From Candidatus Latescibacterota bacterium (lineage in GTDB: Bacteria > Latescibacterota > UBA2968 > UBA8231): a DNA stretch of 64,000 bases. The stretch lies in contig OZ241889.1 of the NCBI GenBank assembly GCA_965203355.1, positions 416,001 to 480,000 on the forward strand, read 5' to 3'. A model generated the notes under the pieces. The model made no database searches. It had not been told where the DNA came from and worked only from the letters and a program-made list of their open reading frames with translations. A program made the position numbers and the translations under genes. The first letter of the stretch is position 1, and each line of letters begins with the position of its first letter. Shown piece after piece: positions 1-10,103 of this stretch.

Positions 1-1156
1 TCCCTTCGCCCTCGTGCCAAGCCACCTCCTCGGCGTAGCGTTTGCAGCTAAGCCGCCGGCCCGCTGGATCGCGCCAAAAAAAGACGTCAATGCCTTGCGC
101 GCCTAGACCGAGGGCCTTGGGGTACTCCTCGGCCATGTAGCGCAGCGCGACGCCGACGCCGACGCGGCCGTTCTCAGCGCAAATCCAGCCCGCGGCGCAC
201 TCGCCCTCGGCCCGCACAGTGCGTTCAACGCCTTCGCATTCTTCCCAGTAGAAGTGATCGTCCAGCCGCTGCGACAGCAAGGCGTAGCGCTCGGGGAGCC
301 AAACGCCCGCTATGACCCGCTCAGCCCCAACGCGCCAAGTTCCACTGCCTGCGGGCAAAATTGGGACGCGCAAGCCCAGTTCCTCCACCTCGGTCTCGCG
401 CGGATTGCAGGTGACAATCACCGTGTGTACCACCCGCACCTGCGCCTTGCCAGCATAAGCGTAGAGCCGCGTTGCAAAGCGCAGGGGGCGATAGCCGGCA
501 TAGTGGTGCATGGGCGCGGTTGATTCGTAGGCTCCTCGGCAGCAAACCACCGCCCGCAAGGGACCAGCCTCCTCAATTTCGACGGCGTATTCCTCTTCCC
601 CGGCTGACGCCAGACAGGTGCCGCCCATTCCGTAGATCCGCCGCTGCGTTCCTCCGACTAAATCAGACTCGGAGATCTTGGCCCAAGCGTCGCCGCCGCC
701 CCGAGGGGCGACTTCTGCCTCGGCGACAAACGATCCTTCGGTTCGATCGCCTAGTTCGACTCCGTCAAAAAGCGCGAATGTCTTTTTGCCAATGCCAAAG
801 CGCAGCGGGCCGGTACACACTTCAAACCGATCTTCCCGCTCGGTGATTTCCACGCCTTGGACGCTCGGCGCGGCTTTTTCGTCCGTATGTCTCAAGACGT
901 ACACGGCCTCTTGCCCCGCTTCCACATCGGCCTGAAAATCCACCAAAACCCACTTTGCGCTGCCGTCCGGCCAGTGGCCCAAGACCCGTAGTTGCCCTCG
1001 GACATCTCGACCTTGGGCGTCCTGCAAAGACAGGTTTTCTACGCCTACTACGGCACCTTGGGGCAGGGGGACGCCTCTTGTCAGGGGAAACCTTCGGCGG
1101 GCAATGCCCGCGGTCTCTTCCACTCTTAAGGCAATGCCTTCGTCGGGTATGCTCAC
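1..1156 (-). CDS. PcRGLX/YetA-like (exo-rhamnogalacturonan lyase-like) protein, N-terminal part; runs off the left window edge
   Basis: Not in the ORF track. Manual minus-strand translation from GTG at 1156 (RBS GGAG upstream) gives 'PLTRGVPLPQG...GHWPDGSAKWVLVDF', the RIFT-barrel N-terminal motif of this family. The same frame reads RYAEEVAWHEGEG at the window edge; the middle was not fully translated. Confidence 0.65.
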   Translation of the reverse strand, partial: MSIPDEGIALRVEETAGIARRRFPLTRGVPLPQGAVVGVENLSLQDAQGRDVRGQLRVLGHWPDGSAKWVLVDFQADVEAGQEAVYVLRHTDEKAAPSVQGVEITEREDRFEVCTGPLRFGIGKKTFALFDGVELGDRTEGSFVAEAEVAPRGGGDAWAKISESDLVGGTQRRIYGMGGTCLASAGEEEYAVEIEEAGPLRAVVCCRGAYESTAPMHHYAGYRPLRFATRLYAYAGKAQVRVVHTVIVTCNPRETEVEELGLRVPILPAGSGTWRVGAERVIAGVWLPERYALLSQRLDDHFYWEECEGVERTVRAEGECAAGWICAENGRVGVGVALRYMAEEYPKALGLGAQGIDVFFWRDPAGRRLSCKRYAEEVAWHEGEG

Positions 1157-1227
1157 GGGACTTCTCCTTGGTCTCGGCGGTGCGGCGAGGGAAAATAAGC
1201 AAGCGACCCGCGCCCTACCAACCCGCA

Positions 1228-1256
1228 TTGACCCACCTTTACGCCGCTCCTATCTT
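1228..1256 (+). promoter_or_regulatory. putative sigma70 promoter for the GH88 operon
   Basis: TTGACC-17 bp-TATCTT, about 30 bp upstream of GTG 1286. Confidence 0.5.
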
Positions 1257-1285
1257 CTCGCTGCCCAAGCCAAAGGAATCGCCTC

Positions 1286-2659
1286 GTGAAACCAGACCAA
1301 GACCTGAACGCCCAACAGCTTCTTCCGGCAATCCAGCACTTTTTAGCCCTTACTGGCGCCAAGATTCTCGATCTCGACCGCACTTGGGACCCAGATCGCG
1401 GCACCCCGGTCTTCACCCAGCAGGGGCGTTACACCACCCGAGGCTGGACCGAATGGACCCAAGGCTTCCAATACGGCTGCGCTATACTCCAGTACGATAT
1501 GACCGACGACGCGCAGTTCCTCGCGCTCGGCCGCGACCGCACTATCGCGCACATGGCACCACACGTCTCGCACATCGGCGTCCACGATCACGGCTTTAAC
1601 AACCTCTCCACCTATGGCAACTTGCGGCGCCTGATGCTCGAAGGCCGCATTTCGCACGACCAGCGCGAACTGGATTTCTACGAGTTGGCCATCAAGCTGT
1701 CGGGCGCGGTGCAGGCCGCGCGCTGGACTGAGACCGCGTACGGCACGGGCTTTATCCACTCCTTCAACGGCTCGCACTCGCTCTTTTCCGACACCATGCG
1801 CTCGCTGCGCATCTTGGGGACGGCGCACCAGCTAGGCCACGCGCTGATGGGCGAGGGCGACGAGCGCATCAGCCTGCTCGGCCGCTTGATCGAACACGCC
1901 CAGACCAACGCCCGTTTCAACGTCTATTACGGCGAGGGGCGCGACGCTTTTGACACGCCCGGCCGCGTAGTCCACGAATCCATCTTCAACACCCGCGACG
2001 GCCAGTACCGCTGCCCCAGCACCCAACAGGGCTACACCCCGTTCTCGACTTGGACGCGCGGGCTGTCGTGGGTGTTGTTGGGCTACGCCGAGCAGCTAGA
2101 GTATTTCGCCGCCCTCAGCGAGGCCGCCATCGAGCCGTTCGCGACCAAGGCCGACCTCGTGCAAACCATGGAAAAAGCCGCCCTAGCCACCGCTGAATTC
2201 CACATCGCCAACAGCTTTGCCGACGGCGTACCGTTTTGGGACACCGGGGCCCCCGGCGTCGCCTCTTTTGGCGCGATAACCGACCAGCCCTCCGACCCGT
2301 ACAACGACGTCGAGCCGCTCGACAGCTCGGCCGCCGCCATTTGTGGCCAAGGATACTTGCGCTTGGGCAACTACTATTGGTCCAAAGGCGACACCGCGCG
2401 GGGTGCGCGCTATCGCGCAGCGGCCTTCACCACGGCCCGCGCCCTGCTAGCGGAACCGTATCTCGCAGTCGATCCCCAACACCAAGGCATCACCCTCCAC
2501 GCAATCTACCACCGCCCCAATGGCTGGGACTACGTGCCCCAAGGCCGCAAAATCCCCTGCGGCGAGGCCGCCATGTGGGGCGACTACCACACAATGGAAC
2601 TGATGAGCCTGATCAAGCGCGAAGCCGAAAACGCCCCTTATCCACTCTTCTTCCAATAG
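1286..2659 (+). CDS. GH88/GH105-like unsaturated glucuronyl/rhamnogalacturonyl hydrolase
   Basis: Motifs EWTQGF, HDHGF, STWTRGLSW, DSSAAAI and WGDY typical of (alpha/alpha)6 GH88. Confidence 0.75.
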   Translation: MKPDQDLNAQQLLPAIQHFLALTGAKILDLDRTWDPDRGTPVFTQQGRYTTRGWTEWTQGFQYGCAILQYDMTDDAQFLALGRDRTIAHMAPHVSHIGVHDHGFNNLSTYGNLRRLMLEGRISHDQRELDFYELAIKLSGAVQAARWTETAYGTGFIHSFNGSHSLFSDTMRSLRILGTAHQLGHALMGEGDERISLLGRLIEHAQTNARFNVYYGEGRDAFDTPGRVVHESIFNTRDGQYRCPSTQQGYTPFSTWTRGLSWVLLGYAEQLEYFAALSEAAIEPFATKADLVQTMEKAALATAEFHIANSFADGVPFWDTGAPGVASFGAITDQPSDPYNDVEPLDSSAAAICGQGYLRLGNYYWSKGDTARGARYRAAAFTTARALLAEPYLAVDPQHQGITLHAIYHRPNGWDYVPQGRKIPCGEAAMWGDYHTMELMSLIKREAENAPYPLFFQ

Positions 2660-2670
2660 CGAGACCTATC

Positions 2671-3816
2671 GTGCAAATCGTCGCCATCACTCCCATCGTC
2701 GCCCGCTTCGGCAACCGCCCGCGCGTCTTGGTCAAAGTCGAGACCGACGAGGGCATCACCGGCTGGGGCGAGACCTACTCCATCGGCCCGGACCTAGCTG
2801 TGGGCCCCACGGTCGATTATTGCTTTGAGCTCATCAAGGGCATCGACCCGCGGCGGATCGAATTCATCATGATGAAGCTGCATCAGCAGTTCCGCTTTCC
2901 ACCGGGCGGGATCGGTCTGTCTGCCATCTCCGGCATTGACCACGCGCTGTGGGACATCGCGGGCAAAGCCGCGGGCGTCCCGGTCTATCAGCTTTTGGGC
3001 GGTCACGCCCGCGACCGGGTGCGCGTCTATCGCTCCATCGGCGGTCGCGACGGCCAAGAGGCCGCTGACCAAGCCCGGCGTCTGCACGAGAAGTATGGCT
3101 TCACGGCCTTCAAAACCAGCCCCTATCGGCTCGACCCAGACGCCCATCGCTGGGGCCGCGTCTGCGCCGAGGCCACCCAATACTTTGAAGCATTGCGCGT
3201 TAGCTGCCCGGACGACTGGGAATTCGCCTTCGACCCGCACGCCAAGATCTTCGAGCCGATTCGCGCCTTGCAGCTAGCCAACGCCCTGGCGCCGTACGAT
3301 CCCTTTTTCTACGAAGAGCCGCTGCGCCCCGAGCACATTCCGGCGTGGGCCAGCCTCAAGGCGCAAATGCAGGTGCCATTGGCCACCGGCGAGAGCCTCT
3401 ACGCCCGCTTTGAGTTCCTCAACCTAATCGCCAACCAAGGCGCCGACATCATCCAACCCGACATCTGCGTCTGCGGCGGTTTGCTCGAAATGCGCAAGAT
3501 CAACGCCATTGCCGAAGCGCACTACATCAGCATCGCCCCGCACAACCCCATGGGGCCGTTGGCCACGGCGGTCAACCTGCACTTCTGCACCTCGGCACCC
3601 AATTTCAAAATTCTCGAATACCTCCTGCCGACCGAGTCCGAGTGGAACGACTGGGTTGACGAACCCTATCTGCCCAAAGACGGCTATTTGGAACTGCGGC
3701 CAGACCGGCCGGGGCTAGGCGTCGAAGTCGACGAAGAAGCCATCCGCGACGACGAATACATCCACTGGGAACGCGCCAGCCCAACGCGCCCGGACGGCTC
3801 GACCGGGTACATCTAA
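2671..3816 (+). CDS. mandelate racemase family acid-sugar dehydratase (galactonate dehydratase DgoD-like)
   Basis: GTG start at 2671; VKVETDEGITGWGE, SGIDHALWDIAGK, FYEEP, ATGESL, IIQPD, APHNPMGP. Confidence 0.85.
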   Translation: MQIVAITPIVARFGNRPRVLVKVETDEGITGWGETYSIGPDLAVGPTVDYCFELIKGIDPRRIEFIMMKLHQQFRFPPGGIGLSAISGIDHALWDIAGKAAGVPVYQLLGGHARDRVRVYRSIGGRDGQEAADQARRLHEKYGFTAFKTSPYRLDPDAHRWGRVCAEATQYFEALRVSCPDDWEFAFDPHAKIFEPIRALQLANALAPYDPFFYEEPLRPEHIPAWASLKAQMQVPLATGESLYARFEFLNLIANQGADIIQPDICVCGGLLEMRKINAIAEAHYISIAPHNPMGPLATAVNLHFCTSAPNFKILEYLLPTESEWNDWVDEPYLPKDGYLELRPDRPGLGVEVDEEAIRDDEYIHWERASPTRPDGSTGYI

Positions 3817-4356
3817 ATGCTCAGCCGCGACCACACCGCGCTCGTCCTCATCGACATTCAGGGCAAGCTGGCCGCGCGGATGCACGAGCGCGAGGCACTC
3901 TACCGCCAACTCCAGATTCTCGTCCGCGGCGCACAGGTCCTAGCGTTGCCCATTCTCTGGCTGGAGCAGTATCCCAAAGGGCTTGGCCCCACCATTCCCG
4001 AGGTCGCCGATCTGCTTTCTGACCAAAAGCCATTGGCTAAGACCTGCTTCAGCGCTTGCGGCCTCCGTGCTTTCCAAACCCAACTGCGCCAGTGCGGCCG
4101 ACGCCAGGTTCTCTTGGCCGGAATCGAAAGCCACATCTGCGTCTATCAGACCGCCCGCGACTTGCTGGACTCCGGTTACCACGTCGAAGCCGTCGCCGAC
4201 GCGGTCTCCTCGCGCACCGCCGAGAACAAGGCACTGGGACTGCAAAAAATGGCGGCCGCTGGCGTGCAGATCACTGCGGTGGAAATGTGCCTGTTTGAAT
4301 TGCTACAGAAAGCGGGGACGGCCGATTTCAAGCAAATTGCCGCCTTGGTCAAGTGA
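3817..4356 (+). CDS. isochorismatase-family hydrolase
   Basis: LVLIDIQ, EQYPKGLGPT, KTCFSA, GIESHICVYQT. Confidence 0.9.
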   Translation: MLSRDHTALVLIDIQGKLAARMHEREALYRQLQILVRGAQVLALPILWLEQYPKGLGPTIPEVADLLSDQKPLAKTCFSACGLRAFQTQLRQCGRRQVLLAGIESHICVYQTARDLLDSGYHVEAVADAVSSRTAENKALGLQKMAAAGVQITAVEMCLFELLQKAGTADFKQIAALVK

Positions 4357-4505
4357 GCGGTACTGTTACTGCTGGGGGACAGCATCGTTTCGATGAGGCA
4401 ACAGTACGGCGCGTACAACACACAATGCTACGGGCGGCAGACAAGCATGGCCTGTCTTTTGCTTACAGGGTGGAGTGCTTACATTTACCCAAAGAGGAGC
4501 TTCCC

Positions 4506-4823
4506 ATGGCCGAGCAATCGCCCAATCCCGTCCAACCGACCGAATCTACTCTCGCTCTGAGCTTCCTGCGCGAGGGTATTCAGGACTTGCGTCAAGACGT
4601 GCGCCAAATACACGGGCGCATCGATCAGACCAACGGGCGCATCGACGACCTGCGCACCGAGATGAATCAGCGTATGGACACCCTGCGTACCGAGGTGAGC
4701 GAGCGCATCGACGACTTAGCCAAACAACTCGATTCGCGCTATGCGCGGCTGATGGCCATGCTCATCGCCTGCACCAGCATCCTCGTAACGGCCCTCGGCG
4801 TGGCCGTTGCCGTGCTCAAGTGA
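4506..4823 (+). CDS. small coiled-coil protein with C-terminal TM helix (DUF1640/CCDC90-like)
   Basis: RBS GAGGAG before ATG 4506; RID.LRTE heptad repeats followed by a hydrophobic tail. Confidence 0.6.
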   Translation: MAEQSPNPVQPTESTLALSFLREGIQDLRQDVRQIHGRIDQTNGRIDDLRTEMNQRMDTLRTEVSERIDDLAKQLDSRYARLMAMLIACTSILVTALGVAVAVLK

Positions 4824-4827
4824 CGCC

Positions 4828-4976
4828 CTAAGCGCGCTCCGGGAACCGCTCCCGGTACTCCCGATCAAATTCTTCGCTGCCGTCGTCGAGCCGCACTTGG
4901 AGGTCCATGCCCGGAAAAAATCCGGTGATCTTCCCAGCGGTAAAGTCGCCTCGATACCCGCCATCGGCAGCCCACA
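4828..4976 (-). pseudogene. displaced duplicate of the 3' end of the enolase-family gene 6083..7333
   Basis: 4835-4976 matches 6099-6240 (142 bp, one synonymous mismatch); encodes WAADGG...FPERA then TAG. Confidence 0.9.
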
Positions 4977-5103
4977 TGCTCCGTCCATTTGGGCCTGATC
5001 CGCATCGGCCCAATGGGCTGACCGCATGAGGCAGTCTTTTAGAATTGACACGGTTTTCGTTTATTGGTACCTAACTAGAACACCCTTTTCCTAAAGATGC
5101 CCT

Positions 5104-5676
5104 ATGGAAAACTTGCGCCTTAATCTCCGAAAGGTCACCGAACTGGCCGTTGTGTTGTTGCGCGCGGCCGGCGGTTCGATGGAGTATATCAAGCTCATAA
5201 AGCTAATGTACTTGGTTGACCGCGCGGCACTGAACGAGCGAGGATGGCCGATTTCTACCGATGTCTATGTGTCGATGGCTCATGGTCCCGTTTTAAGCCG
5301 AACCTATGACCTTATTCGAGAGCCACCGTGGCCGGAGCGTGAATCGATCTGGCAGAGCCATATCCGCCGAAAGGGGACCTATCATATAGAACTGGCACAA
5401 GAGCCCCTGACGATTGAGGCAATGTCGGGAAACGAGATCGGCATCGCTCAAGAGGTGGTAGCGCATTTTGGCAGTTGGCCTTGGCAAGAATTGGTCCAAT
5501 ATACCCACGATCATCTTCCCGAATGGCAAGACCCCAGTGCCGATCCTGTGGGGCCGGCTAGTCGGCCGTTGCCCCTAGAGGACATTCTCACGGCCTTGGG
5601 AAAAGAGGACGATTATATACAGGAAGTCGTAGCGCGCGTAAAGGTGAGCAATCAACTCGACGAGTGGCTTTCATAG
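5104..5676 (+). CDS. Panacea (DUF4065/SocA-like) antitoxin
   Basis: KLIKLMYLVDR...G.PI..D.YVSMAHGPV and L..YTH...PEW motifs; TTGACA at 5045 upstream. Confidence 0.8.
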   Translation: MENLRLNLRKVTELAVVLLRAAGGSMEYIKLIKLMYLVDRAALNERGWPISTDVYVSMAHGPVLSRTYDLIREPPWPERESIWQSHIRRKGTYHIELAQEPLTIEAMSGNEIGIAQEVVAHFGSWPWQELVQYTHDHLPEWQDPSADPVGPASRPLPLEDILTALGKEDDYIQEVVARVKVSNQLDEWLS

Positions 5677-6041
5677 TGTTGAAGGCTGGATCGATTCTTC
5701 GCATGACCGCACAGCCTTTTCGGCTGCTCTTAATTCTGACCGATCCTTCTCTTGCTCAGGAGGTACTGGTGGCAGTGTTGCACCCGCTATATGAAGACGA
5801 CGAGGGTGAGGATGTAGTCATTATAGAGCCGATCTGCTTGCCTTCTACGAACCGCACCCATTTTATCCACGATGCCCGCATTGCACCCGCAAAAAAATTA
5901 ATTGACCGCATGGTACTCCGGCAGATCAAGGAAGCAGGCAGTCTTTCCCGAGACGATCTGTCTCATATAAGAGATGCACTGAGCCGCTCGCCCGAAACGA
6001 GCTGCTCAGTCAAAATATGGTTGCGTCAATACACGAGTTGA
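5664..6041 (+). CDS. putative toxin partner of Panacea (possibly divergent PemK/MazF-like fold)
   Basis: Overlaps the antitoxin stop; 'LKAGSIL...LLILTDP...VLVAV...LSRDDLSHIRDAL' pattern; start uncertain (5664/5676/5679). Confidence 0.45.
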   Translation: MAFIVLKAGSILRMTAQPFRLLLILTDPSLAQEVLVAVLHPLYEDDEGEDVVIIEPICLPSTNRTHFIHDARIAPAKKLIDRMVLRQIKEAGSLSRDDLSHIRDALSRSPETSCSVKIWLRQYTS

Positions 6042-6082
6042 GGCCTCCATCGACGTCACAGTAGTCCATTCGTCGAATTGTC

Positions 6083-7333
6083 TCAGTGTCTCTTCGCCCG
6101 CTCCGGGAACCGCTCCCGGTACTCCCGATCAAATTCTTCGCTGCCGTCGTCGAGCCGCACTTGGAGGTCCATGCCCGGAAAAAATCCGGTGATCTTTCCA
6201 GCGGTAAAGTCGCCTCGATACCCGCCATCGGCAGCCCACAACTCCCGGCCATCCGGCCAGCGCACGACGTGAATTTGGCGCACCGGTGCTTTTGCAAAGT
6301 CCGGCTCAACGCGCAGACGCTCCACGGCATCTCGGTCCAACTCGACCCCCAAGCCCGGAGCTTCCGGCACCCGCAGATGCCCGCCCTCCACCGCGAACTC
6401 CTGCACCAAAACGTGCGAATAGATGTTGACGCAAGGGATCGCCGGCCAGCGCGCCTCCTTTAGCACCGCCCCCAAGTGCGCCGCAAAGGTCGCCGTCAGG
6501 CCGGTCCCCACCATCTGCAACCAGAACGGCATGTGCGCCCGCGCAGCCAAACAGCCATCGCTCAAGACGCGGCGTACCCCACCGCCGATGACAAACCCGT
6601 CGCATACGCCCGCGCGGATCGCCGTCAGGGGCGGCGGCTGGCCCATGTGCATGGCGATTGGGCATTGGATCTTGTGCCGCAGGAGCTTGTTGCCCTCCAC
6701 ATCGTCCTGCGGGATCGGCGACTCGACGATGGCGAGGCAGGCGTTGTCCCGCTCTAAGCGCGCGATGAGCGGGGCGGCTTGGTCAACGCCCAGCAACATG
6801 GTATTGAAGTCGGCGTCCAGCTTAAAGTGCTGAGAAGTGGCCTCATCCACGGCCTGCAACTGCGCCGCAATATCGTACCAAGGCCGCGCCTTGACCTTCA
6901 TGGTGGTAAAGCCATGCGCTTCGGCCACACGCGCCTCGGCCGCCCATGCTGCCGGTGGCATACTTTGCGCCCACCAAGAAACCGGGCAGGCGACGCGGTG
7001 CTGCGGCCCCATCAGCCGGTGGCAGGGCACGCCTAAGTGCTTGCCGGCCGCGTCGAACAGCGCCATCTGCAAGCCGGCTCCCAGCGAATCGTCCCACAGC
7101 AACTCGAAAACGTGCTGGCCGCGCACGCGAGCAAACTGCGCTTCGTGCGAGTGCCCCCACGTATATCCCTGAATCGTCTCGCCAATGCCGACCACGCCGC
7201 CCTCGGTCTCCACTTCGATCAACTCGACGATGGACCAACCCGGCCCGTAGATTTCCATGGTGTCGGCGCAGCGCTCGTGGAACGGAACGTGTAGTACGGT
7301 GCGCACGACATCTTTAACAACACAAGCACTCAT
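6083..7333 (-). CDS. mandelate racemase/muconate lactonizing enzyme family protein
   Basis: VETEGGVVGIGE, MALFDAAGK, MKVK, LDADFN, VESP, PEAPGLGVEL. Confidence 0.85.
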   Translation of the reverse strand: MSACVVKDVVRTVLHVPFHERCADTMEIYGPGWSIVELIEVETEGGVVGIGETIQGYTWGHSHEAQFARVRGQHVFELLWDDSLGAGLQMALFDAAGKHLGVPCHRLMGPQHRVACPVSWWAQSMPPAAWAAEARVAEAHGFTTMKVKARPWYDIAAQLQAVDEATSQHFKLDADFNTMLLGVDQAAPLIARLERDNACLAIVESPIPQDDVEGNKLLRHKIQCPIAMHMGQPPPLTAIRAGVCDGFVIGGGVRRVLSDGCLAARAHMPFWLQMVGTGLTATFAAHLGAVLKEARWPAIPCVNIYSHVLVQEFAVEGGHLRVPEAPGLGVELDRDAVERLRVEPDFAKAPVRQIHVVRWPDGRELWAADGGYRGDFTAGKITGFFPGMDLQVRLDDGSEEFDREYRERFPERAKRH

Positions 7334-7335
7334 CT

Positions 7336-10011
7336 CTACTCGGCCATTCGCCTAAGTACTGCGTGTAAAATTCCCCCGTTGCGGTAGTAGTTAATTTCCA
7401 CAGGCGTGTCTATCCGGCACCGCACCGCAAAACGCTGCTCGCCCGCAGCCCCCTTGGCCACGACCTCCAACACTTGCCCCGGCTGCAGGTCGTCGTCGAG
7501 ACCCTCAATATCGAATACCTCCTCGCCAGTCAGCCCCAGCACGTGGCGGTTTTCCCCGGGAGAAAATTGCAGCGGCAAAATGCCCATTCCAATCAAGTTT
7601 GAGCGGTGGATGCGCTCGTAACTCTCGGCGATTGCGGCCTTGACACCTTGCAGGAAGGGGCCTTTGGCAGCCCAGTCGCGGCTCGAACCCGATCCGTACT
7701 CCTTGCCCGCGATAATGATCGAAGGCACACCTTCTTCAATGTAGCGCATCGCCGCGTCGTAGATGGTCATCTGCTCACCCGAAGGCAGGTGGCGCGTATA
7801 GCCCCCTTCAACGCCGGGCACCAACTCGTTGCGGATGCGGATATTGGCAAACGTGCCCCGCATCATCACCTCGTGGTTGCCGCGTCTAGAGCCATAGCTG
7901 TTCCAATCCTTGCGCTCAACGCCGCGACTGGCGAGGTACTCGCCCCCCGGGCTACCCACGGCAATGGAACCAGCCGGCGAGATGTGGTCGGTCGTCACGC
8001 TGTCGCCGAGCTTGGCCAAGACGCACGCGCCTTGGATCGGCTGGATCGGCTGGACCTGTTTGGTGAGGCCGTCGAAGAAATTCGGCTTGCGGATGTACGT
8101 GCTCTCAGCGGCCCAAGCGTAGCGCTTGCCTTCGGGCACGGGAATGGCGTTCCAAGTCTCGTTCTGGCGGAACGCATTGCCGTATTCTTCCTCGAACATC
8201 TTCGGCGTCAGCGAGCGGGCAATCGCGTCGCGGACCTGATCCTGCGAGGGCCAGATGTCGCGCAGGAACACCTCGCGGCCGGCGGGGTCGCGGCCCAGCG
8301 GATCGCGCTCAAAGTCAATCGTCGCCCGGCCCGCGAGCGCGTAGGCCACGACTAACGGCGGCGAGGCGAGAAAATTGGCCCTCGTCATCGCGTGGACCCG
8401 GCCCTCGAAATTGCGGTTGCCGCTGAGCACACTACACACCACCAAATCGTTGTCGGCTACGGCCAAGGCGATTTCTTCGGGCAGAGGACCCGAGTTGCCA
8501 ATGCAGGTCGTGCAACCGTACCCCACCGTGTGGAAACCGAGGGCCTCTAGGCTCTCGGTGAGGCCAGCCGCGTCGAGGTAGCGCGAGACGACCCGGCTGC
8601 CCGGTGCCAAGCTGGTCTTGACGTAGGCTGGGACCGAGAGGCCCCGCTCGGCCGCGTTGTGCGCCAACAGCCCCGCCCCCACCATTGCGCTCGGATTGCT
8701 GGTATTCGTGCAGGAGGTGATGGCGGCGATGAGCACGGCACCGTGGCCCAACTCAACCGCACCCTGCTCGCCCAAATCAACGGCGACCTTTTTGCCGCTA
8801 TCCGCCACCTCAAAGCGGTCCGTTAGCGAGTCTGCGAAGGCACTCGGCACGTCCTTGAGCGCGACCCGATCCTGTGGCCGCGTCGGGCCGGCCAAGCTCG
8901 GCTCGACCGCCGCCATATCAAGCGTCAAGTGCTCGCTGAAGATGGGATCAGGGGTTGCGGCGTGATAAAACATGCCCTGCGCTTCCATGTACGCGCGGAC
9001 GCGCTCGACCACCGCCTTCTTGCGGCCGGTGAGCGCCAAGTACGCCAGCGTCTCCTCGTCAACCGGGAAAATGCCCATCGTCGCCCCGTATTCCGGGGCC
9101 ATGTTGGCGAGGGTCGCCCGGTCGGCCAAGCTCAGCTCGCTCAAGCCTGGGCCGTAAAACTCGACGAATTTGCCCACCACGCCATGCGCCCGGAGCATCT
9201 GCACCACGGTCAGCACCAAGTCGGTCGCTGTCGTTCCAGCCGGCAAGGCACCCGTCAGTTTGACGCCGACCACTTCGGGCAAAAGCATGTAGATCGGCTG
9301 CCCCAGCATCACGGCCTCGGCCTCAATGCCGCCCACGCCCCAGCCGAGGACGCCGAGGCCGTTGATCATGGTCGTGTGGCTGTCCGTGCCCACCAAGCTG
9401 TCGGGATAGAACTCGCCATCCTGCTCCTGCACCACCTGCGCCAAGTATTCCAAATTGACCTGATGCACGATGCCGGTAGCCGGTGGCACCACGCGAAAAT
9501 TGTCGAACGACTCCTGCCCCCAGCGCAAAAACTCGTAGCGCTCGCGGTTGCGTTCGAATTCGCGCGCGGCGTTCATGGCCAGTGCCTCGCGGATGCCGTA
9601 GTAATCGACCTGCACCGAGTGATCGATGACCAAGTCGACCGGAATCAGGGGATTGACCTTCTCTGGGTCGCCGCCCAAATCGGCCACGGCGTCGCGCATC
9701 ACGGCCAAATCGACCACCGCGGGCACACCGGTAAAATCCTGCATCACCACCCGCGCTGGCTTAAAGGGAATCTCTTCCTTGCCCGCGGTCTCGGGGCTCC
9801 AGCGCGCAATGCGCTCGACATCCTCGCGGGTAATCTCAAATCCGTCGCACTGCCTGAGTGCGGCCTCTAGCAGAATTTTGATCGAATAGGGCAGTCGGCT
9901 CACCTCGGCCACGCCGTCTTCTTCTAACGTTTGAATGCGGTACAGGACGCCGCTACCGCCGCTGCATTCCAGCCGGGAGCGCGCCGCGAATTCGTCGTTT
10001 TTCTTTGTCAT
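7336..10011 (-). CDS. acnA: aconitate hydratase A
   Basis: [71 protein letters not shown]; ATG at 10011. Confidence 0.97.
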   Translation of the reverse strand: MTKKNDEFAARSRLECSGGSGVLYRIQTLEEDGVAEVSRLPYSIKILLEAALRQCDGFEITREDVERIARWSPETAGKEEIPFKPARVVMQDFTGVPAVVDLAVMRDAVADLGGDPEKVNPLIPVDLVIDHSVQVDYYGIREALAMNAAREFERNRERYEFLRWGQESFDNFRVVPPATGIVHQVNLEYLAQVVQEQDGEFYPDSLVGTDSHTTMINGLGVLGWGVGGIEAEAVMLGQPIYMLLPEVVGVKLTGALPAGTTATDLVLTVVQMLRAHGVVGKFVEFYGPGLSELSLADRATLANMAPEYGATMGIFPVDEETLAYLALTGRKKAVVERVRAYMEAQGMFYHAATPDPIFSEHLTLDMAAVEPSLAGPTRPQDRVALKDVPSAFADSLTDRFEVADSGKKVAVDLGEQGAVELGHGAVLIAAITSCTNTSNPSAMVGAGLLAHNAAERGLSVPAYVKTSLAPGSRVVSRYLDAAGLTESLEALGFHTVGYGCTTCIGNSGPLPEEIALAVADNDLVVCSVLSGNRNFEGRVHAMTRANFLASPPLVVAYALAGRATIDFERDPLGRDPAGREVFLRDIWPSQDQVRDAIARSLTPKMFEEEYGNAFRQNETWNAIPVPEGKRYAWAAESTYIRKPNFFDGLTKQVQPIQPIQGACVLAKLGDSVTTDHISPAGSIAVGSPGGEYLASRGVERKDWNSYGSRRGNHEVMMRGTFANIRIRNELVPGVEGGYTRHLPSGEQMTIYDAAMRYIEEGVPSIIIAGKEYGSGSSRDWAAKGPFLQGVKAAIAESYERIHRSNLIGMGILPLQFSPGENRHVLGLTGEEVFDIEGLDDDLQPGQVLEVVAKGAAGEQRFAVRCRIDTPVEINYYRNGGILHAVLRRMAE

Positions 10012-10103
10012 GGAAAACCTCTCGGGAATGGGGATGTTGTAGAACGCCGCCTTTAATATATTCAAGACCAACCCGACCTTCCACCTGCCGCCCTAGGCCA
10101 CCC

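Noticed and set aside
254-1202. Several short ORFs in the track
   Set aside because: Shadow ORFs of the minus-strand gene 1-1156, which carries recognisable motifs.
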